A stretch of 64,000 nucleotides of DNA, from positions 24,576 through 88,575 of the forward strand of contig CAYLJV010000005.1 of NCBI GenBank assembly GCA_964384105.1, in the 5' to 3' direction. A model generated the notes under the pieces. That model did no database searches, had not been told where the DNA came from, and saw only the letters and a program-made list of their open reading frames with translations. This DNA comes from Candidatus Hadarchaeota archaeon (lineage in GTDB: Archaea > Hadarchaeota > Hadarchaeia > Hadarchaeales > JAGGTB01). A program made the position numbers and the translations under genes. Positions 46,944 to 57,294 of the stretch are shown here, in pieces. Position 1 is the first letter of the stretch. Every line of letters begins with the position of its first letter.

Positions 46944-47696
46944 CTATCCGATATTTCTCTTCAGAATTTCGACGGTGACCCAGATGAAGAAAACGAGGAA
47001 TAAAGATTGAGCAATTATGTTGACTAAAAACATTTGGTTGTTTATCCCGGTTGTCATTGCCTGTCGAATTGCATCTACTGCATGAGTTAAGGGTAAAAAG
47101 TATGCTGTGGTGCGTAAGACTGAAGGCATGGTTTCTAATGGAGTGAATACGCCGCAAATGAAGACCATGGCAATGCGTATGACAGTTGCGGGTGGCATAG
47201 CATCTGGTATGTCCTTGAAAGGTGAGGATAAGAAAAGTCCGAAGGCAGAAAACAGGAGGGAGGACAATAATATCCCTAAGATTAGGAGTGGAATGTTTAG
47301 AATTGGTGTAAAGAATATTATTATTGCTGTATATGCTAGAGACAAAAGCATTCCAAAGAGAAATCCTGCTAGTACTTTCCCGAAAACTATTGTAGAGATG
47401 GATGTCGGAGCTGTAAGAAGCATGTTAATTGTTTTTGTCTTTCTTTCTAAAGGGAGTGACACAGCTTGTATTGCTCCCGCGCCAAAAAAGGAGGCCATAG
47501 CTATCAGACCAGGAATGGCTGTTTGACTCTCGCTCTCTCCGATGGAGAATGCCAGATATAGAACTATAGGCAGTAATATTCCAAAAGTTAAATTCGGTCC
47601 TTTCAAAAAATAGATCTTGATATCTTTTCTTGCTATATGATAAATATTTCTCAAATTCTCAAACCATTCTCTTGCAAAGATTTTGTTTTGAAGCAA
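46944..47696 (-). CDS. ABC-2 type exporter permease
   Basis: Six TM segments with ER..T...LL.AP, G.F.P...MP and PLTHAVD. Confidence 0.88.
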   Translation of the reverse strand: MLQNKIFAREWFENLRNIYHIARKDIKIYFLKGPNLTFGILLPIVLYLAFSIGESESQTAIPGLIAMASFFGAGAIQAVSLPLERKTKTINMLLTAPTSISTIVFGKVLAGFLFGMLLSLAYTAIIIFFTPILNIPLLILGILLSSLLFSAFGLFLSSPFKDIPDAMPPATVIRIAMVFICGVFTPLETMPSVLRTTAYFLPLTHAVDAIRQAMTTGINNQMFLVNIIAQSLFLVFFIWVTVEILKRNIG

Positions 47697-48656
47697 CTAT
47701 TCACCTTTTTCCATAGCTTCTGGGCTTAAACCTGTAAGTTTTACAAAAGAATCTTCCAACGTCGGCTTCTTTGTATTAATAGATTTGATTTCCAAGTCGT
47801 TTTCCTCGGCAAATTTGAAAATTAGGGGTAAATCTTTGGAAACGTCCTCAACATGTATCTTAAACTTGTCTCCAGCAGTTAGAACTTCATTTATCGGATC
47901 TAAAGACCTTATTTTTTCTATCATTCCTTCTATTTGATTGAAAGATACTTCGATTATGTGTTCCTTTTGCACCACGGCTTTCAGGTTTTCGGGGCTGTCT
48001 GTTATAACAATCTTTCCCCTATCAATAATAGATATTCTTTGACATAGTTGGTCCGCTTCTTCGATATTATGAGTGGTTAAAAAAATCGTCACATTGCTTT
48101 TTTCATTCAAATCTTTTATTAATTCGCGCATCTGTCTTGAACTCTGTACGTCTAAACCTGAAGTAGGCTCGTCCAAGAACAGTATCTCTGGTTCATGTAC
48201 TAGCGCTGTGACTATGGTTAAACGCTTTTTTATACCAGTGGAATAGTTGCCGACTTTTTCCCTGCGTCTTTTCCATAGTCCGAAGATTTTGAGTAGTTTT
48301 TCAGCTAATTCATTTCTTTTCGTTTTTTGGATTCCGTGAAGCTTAGCGTTGAATTCTATATTATCCAAAGCAGTCATTTCATCGTACAGGTAAGGATCGG
48401 CGGGAACTAATCCGACCGATTTTTTCGCCTTTCTTGTTTCTTTTGTAATGTCATAACCCGAAACGAAAGCTTTTCCAGAGGTAGGTTTCGTTATCCCGGT
48501 AAGCATATTGACAGTGGTAGTTTTTCCTGCTCCGTTGGGCCCAAGAAAACCGAAGATTTCGCCTTTAGCCACGCTGAAATTGATTTGGTTTACTGCTAGA
48601 AATTCGTCGTAGTATTTTGTTAAATTTGAAACTCCTATGATCTTATTTGATATCAT
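47697..48656 (-). CDS. ABC exporter ATPase (DrrA-like)
   Basis: GPNGAGKTT, FLDEPTSGLD, LTTH, PTLED.F. Confidence 0.92.
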   Translation of the reverse strand: MISNKIIGVSNLTKYYDEFLAVNQINFSVAKGEIFGFLGPNGAGKTTTVNMLTGITKPTSGKAFVSGYDITKETRKAKKSVGLVPADPYLYDEMTALDNIEFNAKLHGIQKTKRNELAEKLLKIFGLWKRRREKVGNYSTGIKKRLTIVTALVHEPEILFLDEPTSGLDVQSSRQMRELIKDLNEKSNVTIFLTTHNIEEADQLCQRISIIDRGKIVITDSPENLKAVVQKEHIIEVSFNQIEGMIEKIRSLDPINEVLTAGDKFKIHVEDVSKDLPLIFKFAEENDLEIKSINTKKPTLEDSFVKLTGLSPEAMEKGE

Positions 48657-48973
48657 AATTTTGCTTCCTGTTGTTTCGTATTTTTAGTTAATATCCTTTT
48701 ATCAGCCCGCTGTTTTATAAACCACAAATCAGTCCGTTAGTTTGTCAAGATAATCTTATTTTGGGATTATCAGGCTATGTCTTTAATTAATACTATAAGT
48801 CCCGATTATTCATTTGGTTTGAGTATACGAAAGTGCTTAAATGCTTTTTAGGAAAATGAAAAATAACATGTTGCCTCAAGATTTGTATCATAAACTTACC
48901 TAAATAGCTTTAAGAATCAATCAAAGAAAAATTAAAAGGTTTTCTGACAACGACTTTTCTGGAGGAGTATTGT

Positions 48974-49047
48974 GCCTCGGTAGCTCAGTTGGTCAGAGCG
49001 ATCGCCTCGTAAGCGATAGGTCGCGGGTTCGAATCCCGCCCGGGGCT
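48974..49047 (+). tRNA. tRNA-Thr(CGT)
   Basis: Acceptor stem GCCTCGG/CCGGGGC, TAGCTCAG D-arm, ATCGC-CTCGTAA-GCGAT anticodon arm, GGTTCGAATCC; no encoded CCA. Confidence 0.95.
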
Positions 49048-49065
49048 TTAAAATTCGGGAGTCTA

Positions 49066-49422
49066 CTATAGGAACAACATAATTCCTAACATCAGTATAG
49101 TGAAAACGAGATTGAAACCAAGTATTATGAGCCCTAGTACATCTTTTGCATCCATCCACAGATGGTGGAGTGGCTGATACATTGGGTTTTTCCTGTCAAT
49201 ATGGGCTTTAAGGTAATCTCCGTAGACTCTGATGTGAAGGCTGTCTTTTTTGTTAAAATCTCTGAACTCTTTTTTGGCTCCACGTAGCCTCCCTAAACTC
49301 GGTTCGTAAAGGTTTGATAAGATGGAATCTTCTAAATTTTTAGGTAACTTGACTTCGAGGCCGTAAGGGATGCTCAGAAGCTTTTCTCTAAGGTCTGAGG
49401 CATTTTTTACTTCTGTCCACAT
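49066..49422 (-). CDS. Hypothetical protein with C-terminal TM segment
   Basis: GAGGGA SD; H-rich pattern LHIR...HIDRKNP...HL..D. Confidence 0.6.
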   Translation of the reverse strand: MWTEVKNASDLREKLLSIPYGLEVKLPKNLEDSILSNLYEPSLGRLRGAKKEFRDFNKKDSLHIRVYGDYLKAHIDRKNPMYQPLHHLWMDAKDVLGLIILGFNLVFTILMLGIMLFL

Positions 49423-49490
49423 TCTTATCCCTCTAATTTATTGTTTTTAAAAAATAAAAGTATGACACTCCATCTGACTTCTTGTAGTAC

Positions 49491-49703
49491 CTAATTTGTT
49501 CTTAGTGAGGTTTTTTTAGATCTTAGATTTTCCTGTAATCCATTCCAAAAATCATATGCAATTATTGCCTCGCAGTTTCCACATTTCAGATATACGATAT
49601 CCCCGTCAGATCCTAATCGGGATATGGAATCATGAGGACATACGTTGCTTCCACCTACTATTAGACCTCTCTCTTTTTGAAGAGCTTTTGTTTCTCCTAA
49701 CAT
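49491..49703 (-). CDS. Small putative Zn-finger protein
   Basis: CPH...CGNC; GAGGTGA SD upstream. Confidence 0.5.
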   Translation of the reverse strand: MLGETKALQKERGLIVGGSNVCPHDSISRLGSDGDIVYLKCGNCEAIIAYDFWNGLQENLRSKKTSLRTN

Positions 49704-49866
49704 TTCTTTTCACCTCTGGTCTAGATATACAAAGCTTATTTATATAATTTTTCTATTTCTAATTATTTATTCTTTATCTATAGAGCTATCTTCTCATTAA
49801 ATAGTTGAATTCTATCTTGTTCTTATTAGTAGAATGCTGTCTAAAGCTTATTGAGGTGATTAAGCT

Positions 49867-51282
49867 ATGGAAAGGAACATACATCCGGGTAAACATTACC
49901 TTCGTTTCATATCCGACAAAAAAATTCTCTGTTTGGTGGATGGGGAGCATTATCCTCCTGTGACAAAATGGACTATAGAAGAAATTGAGAAGCGTGGGGG
50001 TAAAGTAGTAGGGCTTGTTTTCTTGGGGGGAACCGAAAAGATAGAAAAAAGTTTGAATTTAGAAAAGGAGTACGGTTACAGAGTTTACGCTGGGGAAATT
50101 AAGGATAAAATTCCTTTTGATATAATAAATTCGGCTATAAAGAAGGAATCTCCGGAAGTGGTTTTGGACCTAACTGATGAACCTATAGTTGATTATCATA
50201 GTAGATTCGAAATAGCTTCGATTGTGATTAAGAATGATTTGCCATATGTTGGTTCTGATTTTGTTTTTTCCCCTCCTACCAAATCAGATGTTTTAGAAAA
50301 ACCTAGTATATCGATAATTGGTACAGGAAAGAGAGTGGGCAAAACTTCTGTTGGGGTTACGATATCTCGGTTGCTAAAGAAAAAAGGATTCAATCCTGTT
50401 TCTGTATGTATGGGACGAGGGGGTCCTTCCGACCCTGTTTTTATCAACCCTGCCGAGATGAAAGTGGACGCAGATAAACTTTTAGAAATATCTGACAAAG
50501 GCCTTCACGCCGCGTCTGATTATTGGGAGAATGCCTTGTTGAGTCAGATTCCAACTGTAGGTTGCCGTAGATGTGGTGGAGGGATGGCGGGTAATCCATT
50601 TGCTTCAAATGTTCTTGAAGGGGCGGAAATGGCAAATGAGTCGTCTCAGGATTTTGTTATTATGGAAGGGTCGGGTCCGACTATACCACCTACTCGAACG
50701 AATAGGAGGATAGTAGTGGTAGGTGCGGGGCAACCCTTGAATAATATTATAGGTTTTTTTGGCGAGTATAGAATCAGTTCTTCTGATTTAGTTGTGGTGA
50801 CGATGTGCGAGGAGCCTATAGCTGACGATGAGAAAGTAAATAATATATTAAATGGTATTAAGAATATAGATTCCGACATTGAAATTCTTTTAACGGTTTT
50901 TAGACCAGAACCGTTAGGCGATATTAAGGGAAAGAAAGTTTTTGTTGCCACCACTGCACCTAAAAAAGTTAATCAAGTTATCAGGAAAAGTTTAAGTGAC
51001 TATGGCTGTGATATCAAGGGTATTTCTAATAACCTTTCTAATCGCTCTTTATTGAGGAAGGATCTAATAGAAAATTTAGATAAATGTGATATGCTATTGA
51101 CTGAAATTAAAGCGGCTTCTATCGATGTTGCGGCTTCTGAAGCAAGGAAGAATGGTGTTGATATAGTGTTTTTACACAATCAACCAGTTCTTGTGGGTGG
51201 AACCGTTGAAAATTTCGACGAAGCAGTGATTTCGGTGTGTGAAAAAGCTTTGGAGGATTGGGTGAATGATAAAAGTTCTTAA
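49867..51282 (+). CDS. cpgS: Cyclic 2,3-diphosphoglycerate synthetase
   Basis: LVDGEHYPPV, GTGKRVGKT, MGRGGP, HAASDY, GCRRCGGG, EIKAASID. Confidence 0.93.
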   Translation: MERNIHPGKHYLRFISDKKILCLVDGEHYPPVTKWTIEEIEKRGGKVVGLVFLGGTEKIEKSLNLEKEYGYRVYAGEIKDKIPFDIINSAIKKESPEVVLDLTDEPIVDYHSRFEIASIVIKNDLPYVGSDFVFSPPTKSDVLEKPSISIIGTGKRVGKTSVGVTISRLLKKKGFNPVSVCMGRGGPSDPVFINPAEMKVDADKLLEISDKGLHAASDYWENALLSQIPTVGCRRCGGGMAGNPFASNVLEGAEMANESSQDFVIMEGSGPTIPPTRTNRRIVVVGAGQPLNNIIGFFGEYRISSSDLVVVTMCEEPIADDEKVNNILNGIKNIDSDIEILLTVFRPEPLGDIKGKKVFVATTAPKKVNQVIRKSLSDYGCDIKGISNNLSNRSLLRKDLIENLDKCDMLLTEIKAASIDVAASEARKNGVDIVFLHNQPVLVGGTVENFDEAVISVCEKALEDWVNDKSS

Positions 51283-52144
51283 GGATGAAAAGGAGTTTCC
51301 TTTCTCGAAGGGGATACTTGCTAGATCCATCAATCGTTCGGGGCTGTCTTTAAAGGAGTCTTACGAGATAGTTGAAAAAATTCTCGATGATCTTGAGGGA
51401 GAACATGTCAGAGAAATAACCTCTGAAGAAGTGAAAAGAAGGGTTTCTAAGGAGCTTTTGAGTAGAGGACGTGTGGATGAAGAACGATTTTATCGAGTTA
51501 GAAGGGAGATGAAAAATCTTGATGCTCCGGTATTTGTTACAATTGGTGGTGGACCGGGAGTAGGGAAATCTACTATTGCGATGGAGATAGGACATCGTTT
51601 GGGGATAAATAGGCTGATTGGAACTGACACTATAAGGGAGATAATGCGTTCTATACTTTCACCTACCTTAGTACCAACTTTGCATGAGTCCACTTTTCTG
51701 GCTAGGCATAAATTGAAGACTTCTTATATCAGCAATAAGTTGATTCATTCTTTTGAAGAACAGGTAAGTTTAGTTAACGAAGGTTTGGCAGCTGTTGTGA
51801 AAAGAGGGATGAAGGAGGGTTTAGATATGATAATAGAGGGGGTCCACGTGGTTCCAGGATACTTGGAAAGAAGTTTGGACGAGGCCCCTGAGACTCTTTT
51901 TCAGTATGTGATTGATGTTCCGGATAAGGATCAGCATATTAAAAATTTCTATACTCGAGAGGAGGGAAGTCTACGGGATCCAAGCAAGTACATAGACGAA
52001 ATAGACAGTATACGGGAAATACAGAGTTACATTTTGGAAATGGCGAAGAAGACTGATGTTAAGGTAGTGGAAAATACTGATTACGAAAAAACTCTTAATA
52101 CAATACTAGAGGACATATTGTCTACTCTGGAGAAGGAGATTTGA
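51266..52144 (+). CDS. pgk2: 2-phosphoglycerate kinase with ATP cone
   Basis: PFSKGILARS, GGPGVGKST, TDTIRE, IEGVH; overlaps cpgS. Confidence 0.9.
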   Translation: MIKVLKDEKEFPFSKGILARSINRSGLSLKESYEIVEKILDDLEGEHVREITSEEVKRRVSKELLSRGRVDEERFYRVRREMKNLDAPVFVTIGGGPGVGKSTIAMEIGHRLGINRLIGTDTIREIMRSILSPTLVPTLHESTFLARHKLKTSYISNKLIHSFEEQVSLVNEGLAAVVKRGMKEGLDMIIEGVHVVPGYLERSLDEAPETLFQYVIDVPDKDQHIKNFYTREEGSLRDPSKYIDEIDSIREIQSYILEMAKKTDVKVVENTDYEKTLNTILEDILSTLEKEI

Positions 52145-52145
52145 A

Positions 52146-52577
52146 ATGCCAAAGTATCCGCTTGAGTACTATGATACAGACGAGCCGATAAGTCGTTACG
52201 TTACTAAAACGTTGATTGGAATAGATAAGAATGAATCAGTTCAAAAAGCAGCTCAGAGAATGGTGGAGTTCGATATAAGCTCTCTTGTAGTTCTCGATGG
52301 ATCGGAAATCGTCGGATTTTTTACAGATGGTGACATCAAGAAAAAAGTCGCCGCTCAAGGTCTCGAGCCGGATATTCCAGTAAAAGAAGTTATGACAACT
52401 GATCTTAATACTATCGATATCGGGGCAAGTGTCAAAGATGTTGCTAAGTTAATGACAGAAAAAAAGATAAAATACGTTCTGGTTGAAGATAAGGAAGAAA
52501 TTATCGGAATAGTCAGCTTTGGAGATCTTATAGGAATGGAGAGAAGAAAACTTGAAACCTATATCTCAAGAGAATAA
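52146..52577 (+). CDS. CBS-pair protein
   Basis: Two CBS repeats (VGFFTDGDI, IGIVSFGDL). Confidence 0.88.
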   Translation: MPKYPLEYYDTDEPISRYVTKTLIGIDKNESVQKAAQRMVEFDISSLVVLDGSEIVGFFTDGDIKKKVAAQGLEPDIPVKEVMTTDLNTIDIGASVKDVAKLMTEKKIKYVLVEDKEEIIGIVSFGDLIGMERRKLETYISRE

Positions 52578-52578
52578 T

Positions 52579-54096
52579 ATGAAAATCCTTCATATTTCTG
52601 ACACCCATGTGGGTAGTAAAAAATATTTTAATCGAGACTCTTTTTCCCATATTTTAAAGAAAGCGAATTCTGAGGATTTCAACGTTCTTATTCATACAGG
52701 TGATTTGACTCAATCGGGGAGATTAGAGTACTATAAAGAAGCAAAAAAATTACTCGAAAAGATAAATATACCTTACGTGGTCATTCCAGGGAATCACGAC
52801 AAAAGGAGTGGCGGTTCCTCAATTTTCAAGGAATTAGTCGGGCCAGTGAATGGAACACTCTCACTAGATGGATCGGTTGTAATTTACGTCGATAGTGCAG
52901 TTTCTGACAGCAATGTGGGTAGAGTGGGGACTAAAAAGTTTAACAGGATAAAGGAAGCTTTGAAGGAGAATCAGAAAAAGTCAATAAAGATAGTTGCTCT
53001 TCATCATCATACTATTCCAGTTCCAAAAGCTGGAAGAGAAAGAAATGTTCTCTCAAATGCTGGAGATCTTTTGGAACTATTTCTTAAGTCCGATGTCGAC
53101 TTGGTTCTTTCTGGACATAGACATCATCCTAATGTTCACCAGGTTGAGGATACGGTATTTGTTAATGCGGGGACAGTTTCAGGTAGAAAAACTCGCCATG
53201 GGGATGTTAACTCCTACAATGTGATAAATATAAACGAGGGCCAGATTTCTGTACAGACTCATAGAATAAGTAATTCCGCGGTTACAGAAAAGTTTCCTAG
53301 GAGACAGAGAAAGGTATTTCAGGACTTCAAGGAGAGAAAGCTTAGAATTATTCAAATGGCGAATTCCTTCATCTCTAGCTTGACGGAATCCCCCATGCCA
53401 AATACTAGTAAATTTCTTTACACCCACTTTTCCAATGCAGTTGATACAATCAATGAATCAAATGCCGATTTAGTTATTCACTGTGGTGGTATTGTTGAGG
53501 AGGGGATACCTAGGAACTACAAACTCGCGGATAGATATCTTTCCAAAATTGATCTACCTATATTCTATACTCCAGCTGGTAGAGATATAAACTACTTAGG
53601 GTATCATCTGTTTCAGGAGTATTTTGGGAATTTCGATCAGATTTTTACTAATGAGGAGGTTTATCTTCGGGGTATATCGTCTGCACAATATGATTCCCCT
53701 ATTGGTATAGTGGGAGAAACGGAAAGGGAGGAGATTTTTGAAGATATCAGAAAAAGAGATGAGTCTTTTAAAGGTCTGTTCTTTCATCATAATGTTATTC
53801 CTATCCCTCATGCTAGGGAAAAAGGATTGCTAGAGGACAGTGGCGATATCTTAAGAAGAACGGTAGATGAGAAGATCGATCTTATTTTAACCGGAACTTC
53901 TTCTCACCCCTTCGCTACAAAGGTTGATGGGACCGTGGTGGTAAATGCCAATTCAATAAGCGGTGTTTATCAGAGAAGCGTATATGGTAATTCTTTCAAC
54001 ATTATTGACGTGTATGATAATGCAATAGTGGTTTCGGAGATAAACAGTCTCTGGGGTAATAGGAGATTGTTGGGAATGTGGCGTAGGACCAATTAA
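52579..54096 (+). CDS. Tandem calcineurin-like metallophosphoesterase, one active and one degenerate domain
   Basis: Domain 1 has SDTH, GDLT, GNHD, HHH, GHRH. Domain 2 has ANSF, GGIV, AGRD, HHN, GTSS. Confidence 0.85.
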   Translation: MKILHISDTHVGSKKYFNRDSFSHILKKANSEDFNVLIHTGDLTQSGRLEYYKEAKKLLEKINIPYVVIPGNHDKRSGGSSIFKELVGPVNGTLSLDGSVVIYVDSAVSDSNVGRVGTKKFNRIKEALKENQKKSIKIVALHHHTIPVPKAGRERNVLSNAGDLLELFLKSDVDLVLSGHRHHPNVHQVEDTVFVNAGTVSGRKTRHGDVNSYNVININEGQISVQTHRISNSAVTEKFPRRQRKVFQDFKERKLRIIQMANSFISSLTESPMPNTSKFLYTHFSNAVDTINESNADLVIHCGGIVEEGIPRNYKLADRYLSKIDLPIFYTPAGRDINYLGYHLFQEYFGNFDQIFTNEEVYLRGISSAQYDSPIGIVGETEREEIFEDIRKRDESFKGLFFHHNVIPIPHAREKGLLEDSGDILRRTVDEKIDLILTGTSSHPFATKVDGTVVVNANSISGVYQRSVYGNSFNIIDVYDNAIVVSEINSLWGNRRLLGMWRRTN

Positions 54097-54153
54097 CTTT
54101 GGCCTTATGATTTTTGAACAATCTTATATTATCTTAGTTCTACTTTACACAAA

Positions 54154-54921
54154 ATGATAGATTCACATTGCCATCTCGAATTTAGACAGTTCGATAGTGA
54201 TAGAGATGAGATCATAGCTGAGGCTAAGAGGAGACTTGTGGCAGTAGTGGATTCTTGTGCTAGGATCGAGGATTCTTCGAAAGTGCTTGATCTTCATAGA
54301 TCTAATCCAGATTTCATTTTTCCAACTCTTGGAATTCACCCTACCGGTGCTTCAAAATCTTCAAATAAGGAAATTGAGAGATACAAGGAAAATGTAAGAA
54401 AAAATTCTTCTGAAATCGTTGCGATAGGGGAGGTAGGCTTAGACAATTATCATATTAAAGATTCCCACCATCGAAAAAAGTGTAGAAAGATTTTCAATGA
54501 TTTTATAGATCTTTCTAATTCGCTTGACCTTCCGTTGGTGGTACATTCCAGAGATTCCACAAAAGAGGTGATGGAGTTATTGAAGAAAAAGGACGGGGAT
54601 GTGATAATACACTGCTTCTCAGGAAATACTAATGACTTGGAGGAAGCTTTGGACAGGAATTACTATATTTCTCTTGGAGGCATAATTTTCCGGTCTGAAG
54701 AAAAATATAAAAATATCATAGAGAATCTACCTCTCGAAAATCTTTTGCTTGAAACCGATTCACCGTTTTTAGCTAAGAAAAAATCTGATAGATCTACTCC
54801 TTGGTTCATAGAGGATATTGCTGATCGAATAGCTGAAATTAAAGATTTGGGGAGATCGGAGATATGGAGTTGTGCGGGCAAAAATGCGAAGAAAGTTTAT
54901 GGTCTCCCCGTAAGGATTTAG
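54154..54921 (+). CDS. tatD: TatD family nuclease
   Basis: DSHCHL, GIHP, IGEVGLD, VHSR, HCFSG, ETDSP. Confidence 0.93.
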   Translation: MIDSHCHLEFRQFDSDRDEIIAEAKRRLVAVVDSCARIEDSSKVLDLHRSNPDFIFPTLGIHPTGASKSSNKEIERYKENVRKNSSEIVAIGEVGLDNYHIKDSHHRKKCRKIFNDFIDLSNSLDLPLVVHSRDSTKEVMELLKKKDGDVIIHCFSGNTNDLEEALDRNYYISLGGIIFRSEEKYKNIIENLPLENLLLETDSPFLAKKKSDRSTPWFIEDIADRIAEIKDLGRSEIWSCAGKNAKKVYGLPVRI

Positions 54922-54936
54922 TTTCCTCCTGAAATT

Positions 54937-54960
54937 TTTGTTACACCCATAACAAAAAAT
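54937..54960. repeat. 24-bp palindromic element, copy 2
   Basis: Identical to 13783-13806. Confidence 0.85.
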
Positions 54961-55137
54961 CCTAGAAACGGAATTTGAAATAATCTTTAATTCAAAGTCA
55001 AATCAATGTTTTTATTCTTGATATAGATCACCTATAAAGAAAAATTGTCCAAGAGTAATTGCCACGCCATACTCTTTTTAATTTAAGAGGTGTGTTAATC
55101 TTAATTATCTTATACTAGTAATACTGATTTGAGGATT

Positions 55138-55536
55138 TCAATTCTTTTTTTCAAGATTTTTTAATAGTTGCTTTACGTTTTTTTCTATTTTGTCCCTAAC
55201 CTCTCTAAACTTTTGAATTGATTTTCCGGAGGGGTCCTCTAACTCCCACTCGATGGTTTTTCCACCCACTGGAGTAGGACAAGCATCGGACCCACAGCCC
55301 ATGGTTATGATATAGCCAGCCTTTCTAGCCTCTTCAGGGTCTATTATCGTAGGTTCGTGGAAACTTATGTCTATTCCCTTTTCCTTCATCACTTTCACTG
55401 CTTTCGCATTAACCTTATCTGCAGGTTTGGAACCGCCACTAGAAACTCTGATTTTTTCATCTCCAAAGCGTCGTGCGAAACCCTCGGCCATTTGACTCCT
55501 GCAAGCATTTTCAACACATGCAAATAATAATCTCAA
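55138..55536 (-). CDS. arsC: Arsenate reductase (LMW-PTP/thioredoxin type)
   Basis: CVENACRSQMAE, MGC...CP, LEDP. Confidence 0.88.
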   Translation of the reverse strand: MRLLFACVENACRSQMAEGFARRFGDEKIRVSSGGSKPADKVNAKAVKVMKEKGIDISFHEPTIIDPEEARKAGYIITMGCGSDACPTPVGGKTIEWELEDPSGKSIQKFREVRDKIEKNVKQLLKNLEKKN

Positions 55537-55539
55537 TTT

Positions 55540-55863
55540 TCACACCCTTTCGCTTTGACTGTTTTCAGCTCTTCTGCAGAATTTGCTCGAGAGTTTTCCG
55601 ACTTGTTGCAAAAAGTCTATGACGCCAGGGTCGCTTATCTTGTAAATTATCTTTCGCCCTTTTCTTTCTCTTTTTACAAAACCGCACTCGTGTAAGCTTC
55701 GGAGATGGTGAGAGATGAGAGTTTGTTCTTTGTCCAAAATTTCCATAATCTCGCTGACACACTTTCCATCTTCTCTCAGGATTTGGAGAATCCTGTATCG
55801 GATTTCGCTGCCGACGCATTTGAGAAGTTCTATCTCGTCATTCTCTACCTCATCCATTTTCAA
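55540..55863 (-). CDS. arsR: ArsR/SmtB family regulator
   Basis: RYRILQIL...CVSEI...QTLISHHLRSL...G. Confidence 0.85.
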   Translation of the reverse strand: MKMDEVENDEIELLKCVGSEIRYRILQILREDGKCVSEIMEILDKEQTLISHHLRSLHECGFVKRERKGRKIIYKISDPGVIDFLQQVGKLSSKFCRRAENSQSERV

Positions 55864-55881
55864 TTATACCTCTGTTAGTAA

Positions 55882-56955
55882 TCATTGGAAATGTTTTCTT
55901 GTCTTGTTTGCTATGGCGACCAGAATTAACATTATGGGTACTTCTACCAAGACGCCGACCACTGTAGCAAGAGCGGCTCCTGAGGTTATTCCAAAGACCG
56001 AGATGGCGACCGCCACAGCAAGTTCGAAGAAGTTACTTGCGCCTATCTCTGCTGCTGGAGCGGCTATCTCATGATCCAGTCCCCAGAAGTAGGCCCATCC
56101 ATACGCGATAGAGAATATGGTGAACGTGAATATCGTCAGGGGAATTGCGATCAGCAGGATATGTAGTGGATTGTTAACTATAATGTCACCTTGAAACGAG
56201 AACAGGAGCACTAAGGTGAGTAAAAGTCCTATTATGGTTAACTTTCCAATCTTTTTTAGAAAAACATTTTCAAACCATTCTTTTCCTTTCTTGCCTATCA
56301 GATAGGTTCTAGATAAGTATCCGGCCGTGAGGGGGATGCCAATATAGAGTACTACTGAAAGAATTAGTGTATCGTAAGGAACGGAGATACCACCTATTGT
56401 AAGCAGGAAAGTGACCAGTGGTACGTAGGCAAACAGTAAGATCAGGTCATTCGTGGCGACCTGGACGAGTGTGTAGGCAGCATCACCGTCTGAAAGATAG
56501 CTCCATACGAAAACCATCGCTGTACACGGAGCTGCCCCTAGCAAAACGGCTCCTGCTATATATTGACTCTGTAAAGACGGTGAGATAAAAGCGTCGAACA
56601 CTATCGTCATGAAGAACCAGAAGAGTCCGTACATGATGAACGGTTTTATCAGCCAATTAGAAGTCCAAGTTACCAAAAGACCCCGAGGCTTTTCCTTCAC
56701 GCCAAGAATACTTTTAAAGTCTATCTCTGCCATAGCGGGATAGATCATAAACCAGATCAAGATCGCGATGGGAATGTTGACGTGAGCGTATTCAAATTTA
56801 CCCAAGGTGTTTGTCACCACTGGGACAAATCTGCCTAGGGCGATCCCGACGATGATACAAATAGCTACCCATATAGAGAGGTATTTCTCGAAGAAGCTGA
56901 GTTCTCTTCCAACATTTCTAGCCTGCTCATCGGTTTTCTTTTTTTCTGTGGACAT
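55882..56955 (-). CDS. acr3: Acr3 arsenite efflux pump
   Basis: LSFFEKYLSIW, NWLIKPF, AAPCTAMV, SNFFELAVAVA, LVEVP. Confidence 0.93.
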   Translation of the reverse strand: MSTEKKKTDEQARNVGRELSFFEKYLSIWVAICIIVGIALGRFVPVVTNTLGKFEYAHVNIPIAILIWFMIYPAMAEIDFKSILGVKEKPRGLLVTWTSNWLIKPFIMYGLFWFFMTIVFDAFISPSLQSQYIAGAVLLGAAPCTAMVFVWSYLSDGDAAYTLVQVATNDLILLFAYVPLVTFLLTIGGISVPYDTLILSVVLYIGIPLTAGYLSRTYLIGKKGKEWFENVFLKKIGKLTIIGLLLTLVLLFSFQGDIIVNNPLHILLIAIPLTIFTFTIFSIAYGWAYFWGLDHEIAAPAAEIGASNFFELAVAVAISVFGITSGAALATVVGVLVEVPIMLILVAIANKTRKHFQ

Positions 56956-57294
56956 GTGTTTTACCAGTTAGGTTAATATTAATAAAATTTCATATAAAAA
57001 TTTAATCATATATTACTACAACTTATAGAGATTTGGGAAATATTTAAACGAAGTAAGGTCTTCTCTTTTTGAATTCTTCATTTGAACTTCTTCGATATAC
57101 CCGGTTTTAGAATATTGGGTCTTCATATTACTTCTCTAAACTTTTTCTGTCCCCCGTGACTTGATGTTAAGAAGTTGTTTTGGCCAGAAACTTTCTTGGA
57201 ATTTTTATCTATTTATCAAGATCTGCCCTGATATTGAGATTTCGATCATCATTTCTTAAATTTTATTAGTTATCGTTAACTAACATAATTTGTC

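Noticed and set aside
48974-49047. tRNA-Thr as a second integration site
   Set aside because: No duplicate of its 3' end and no integrase nearby were seen within the window.
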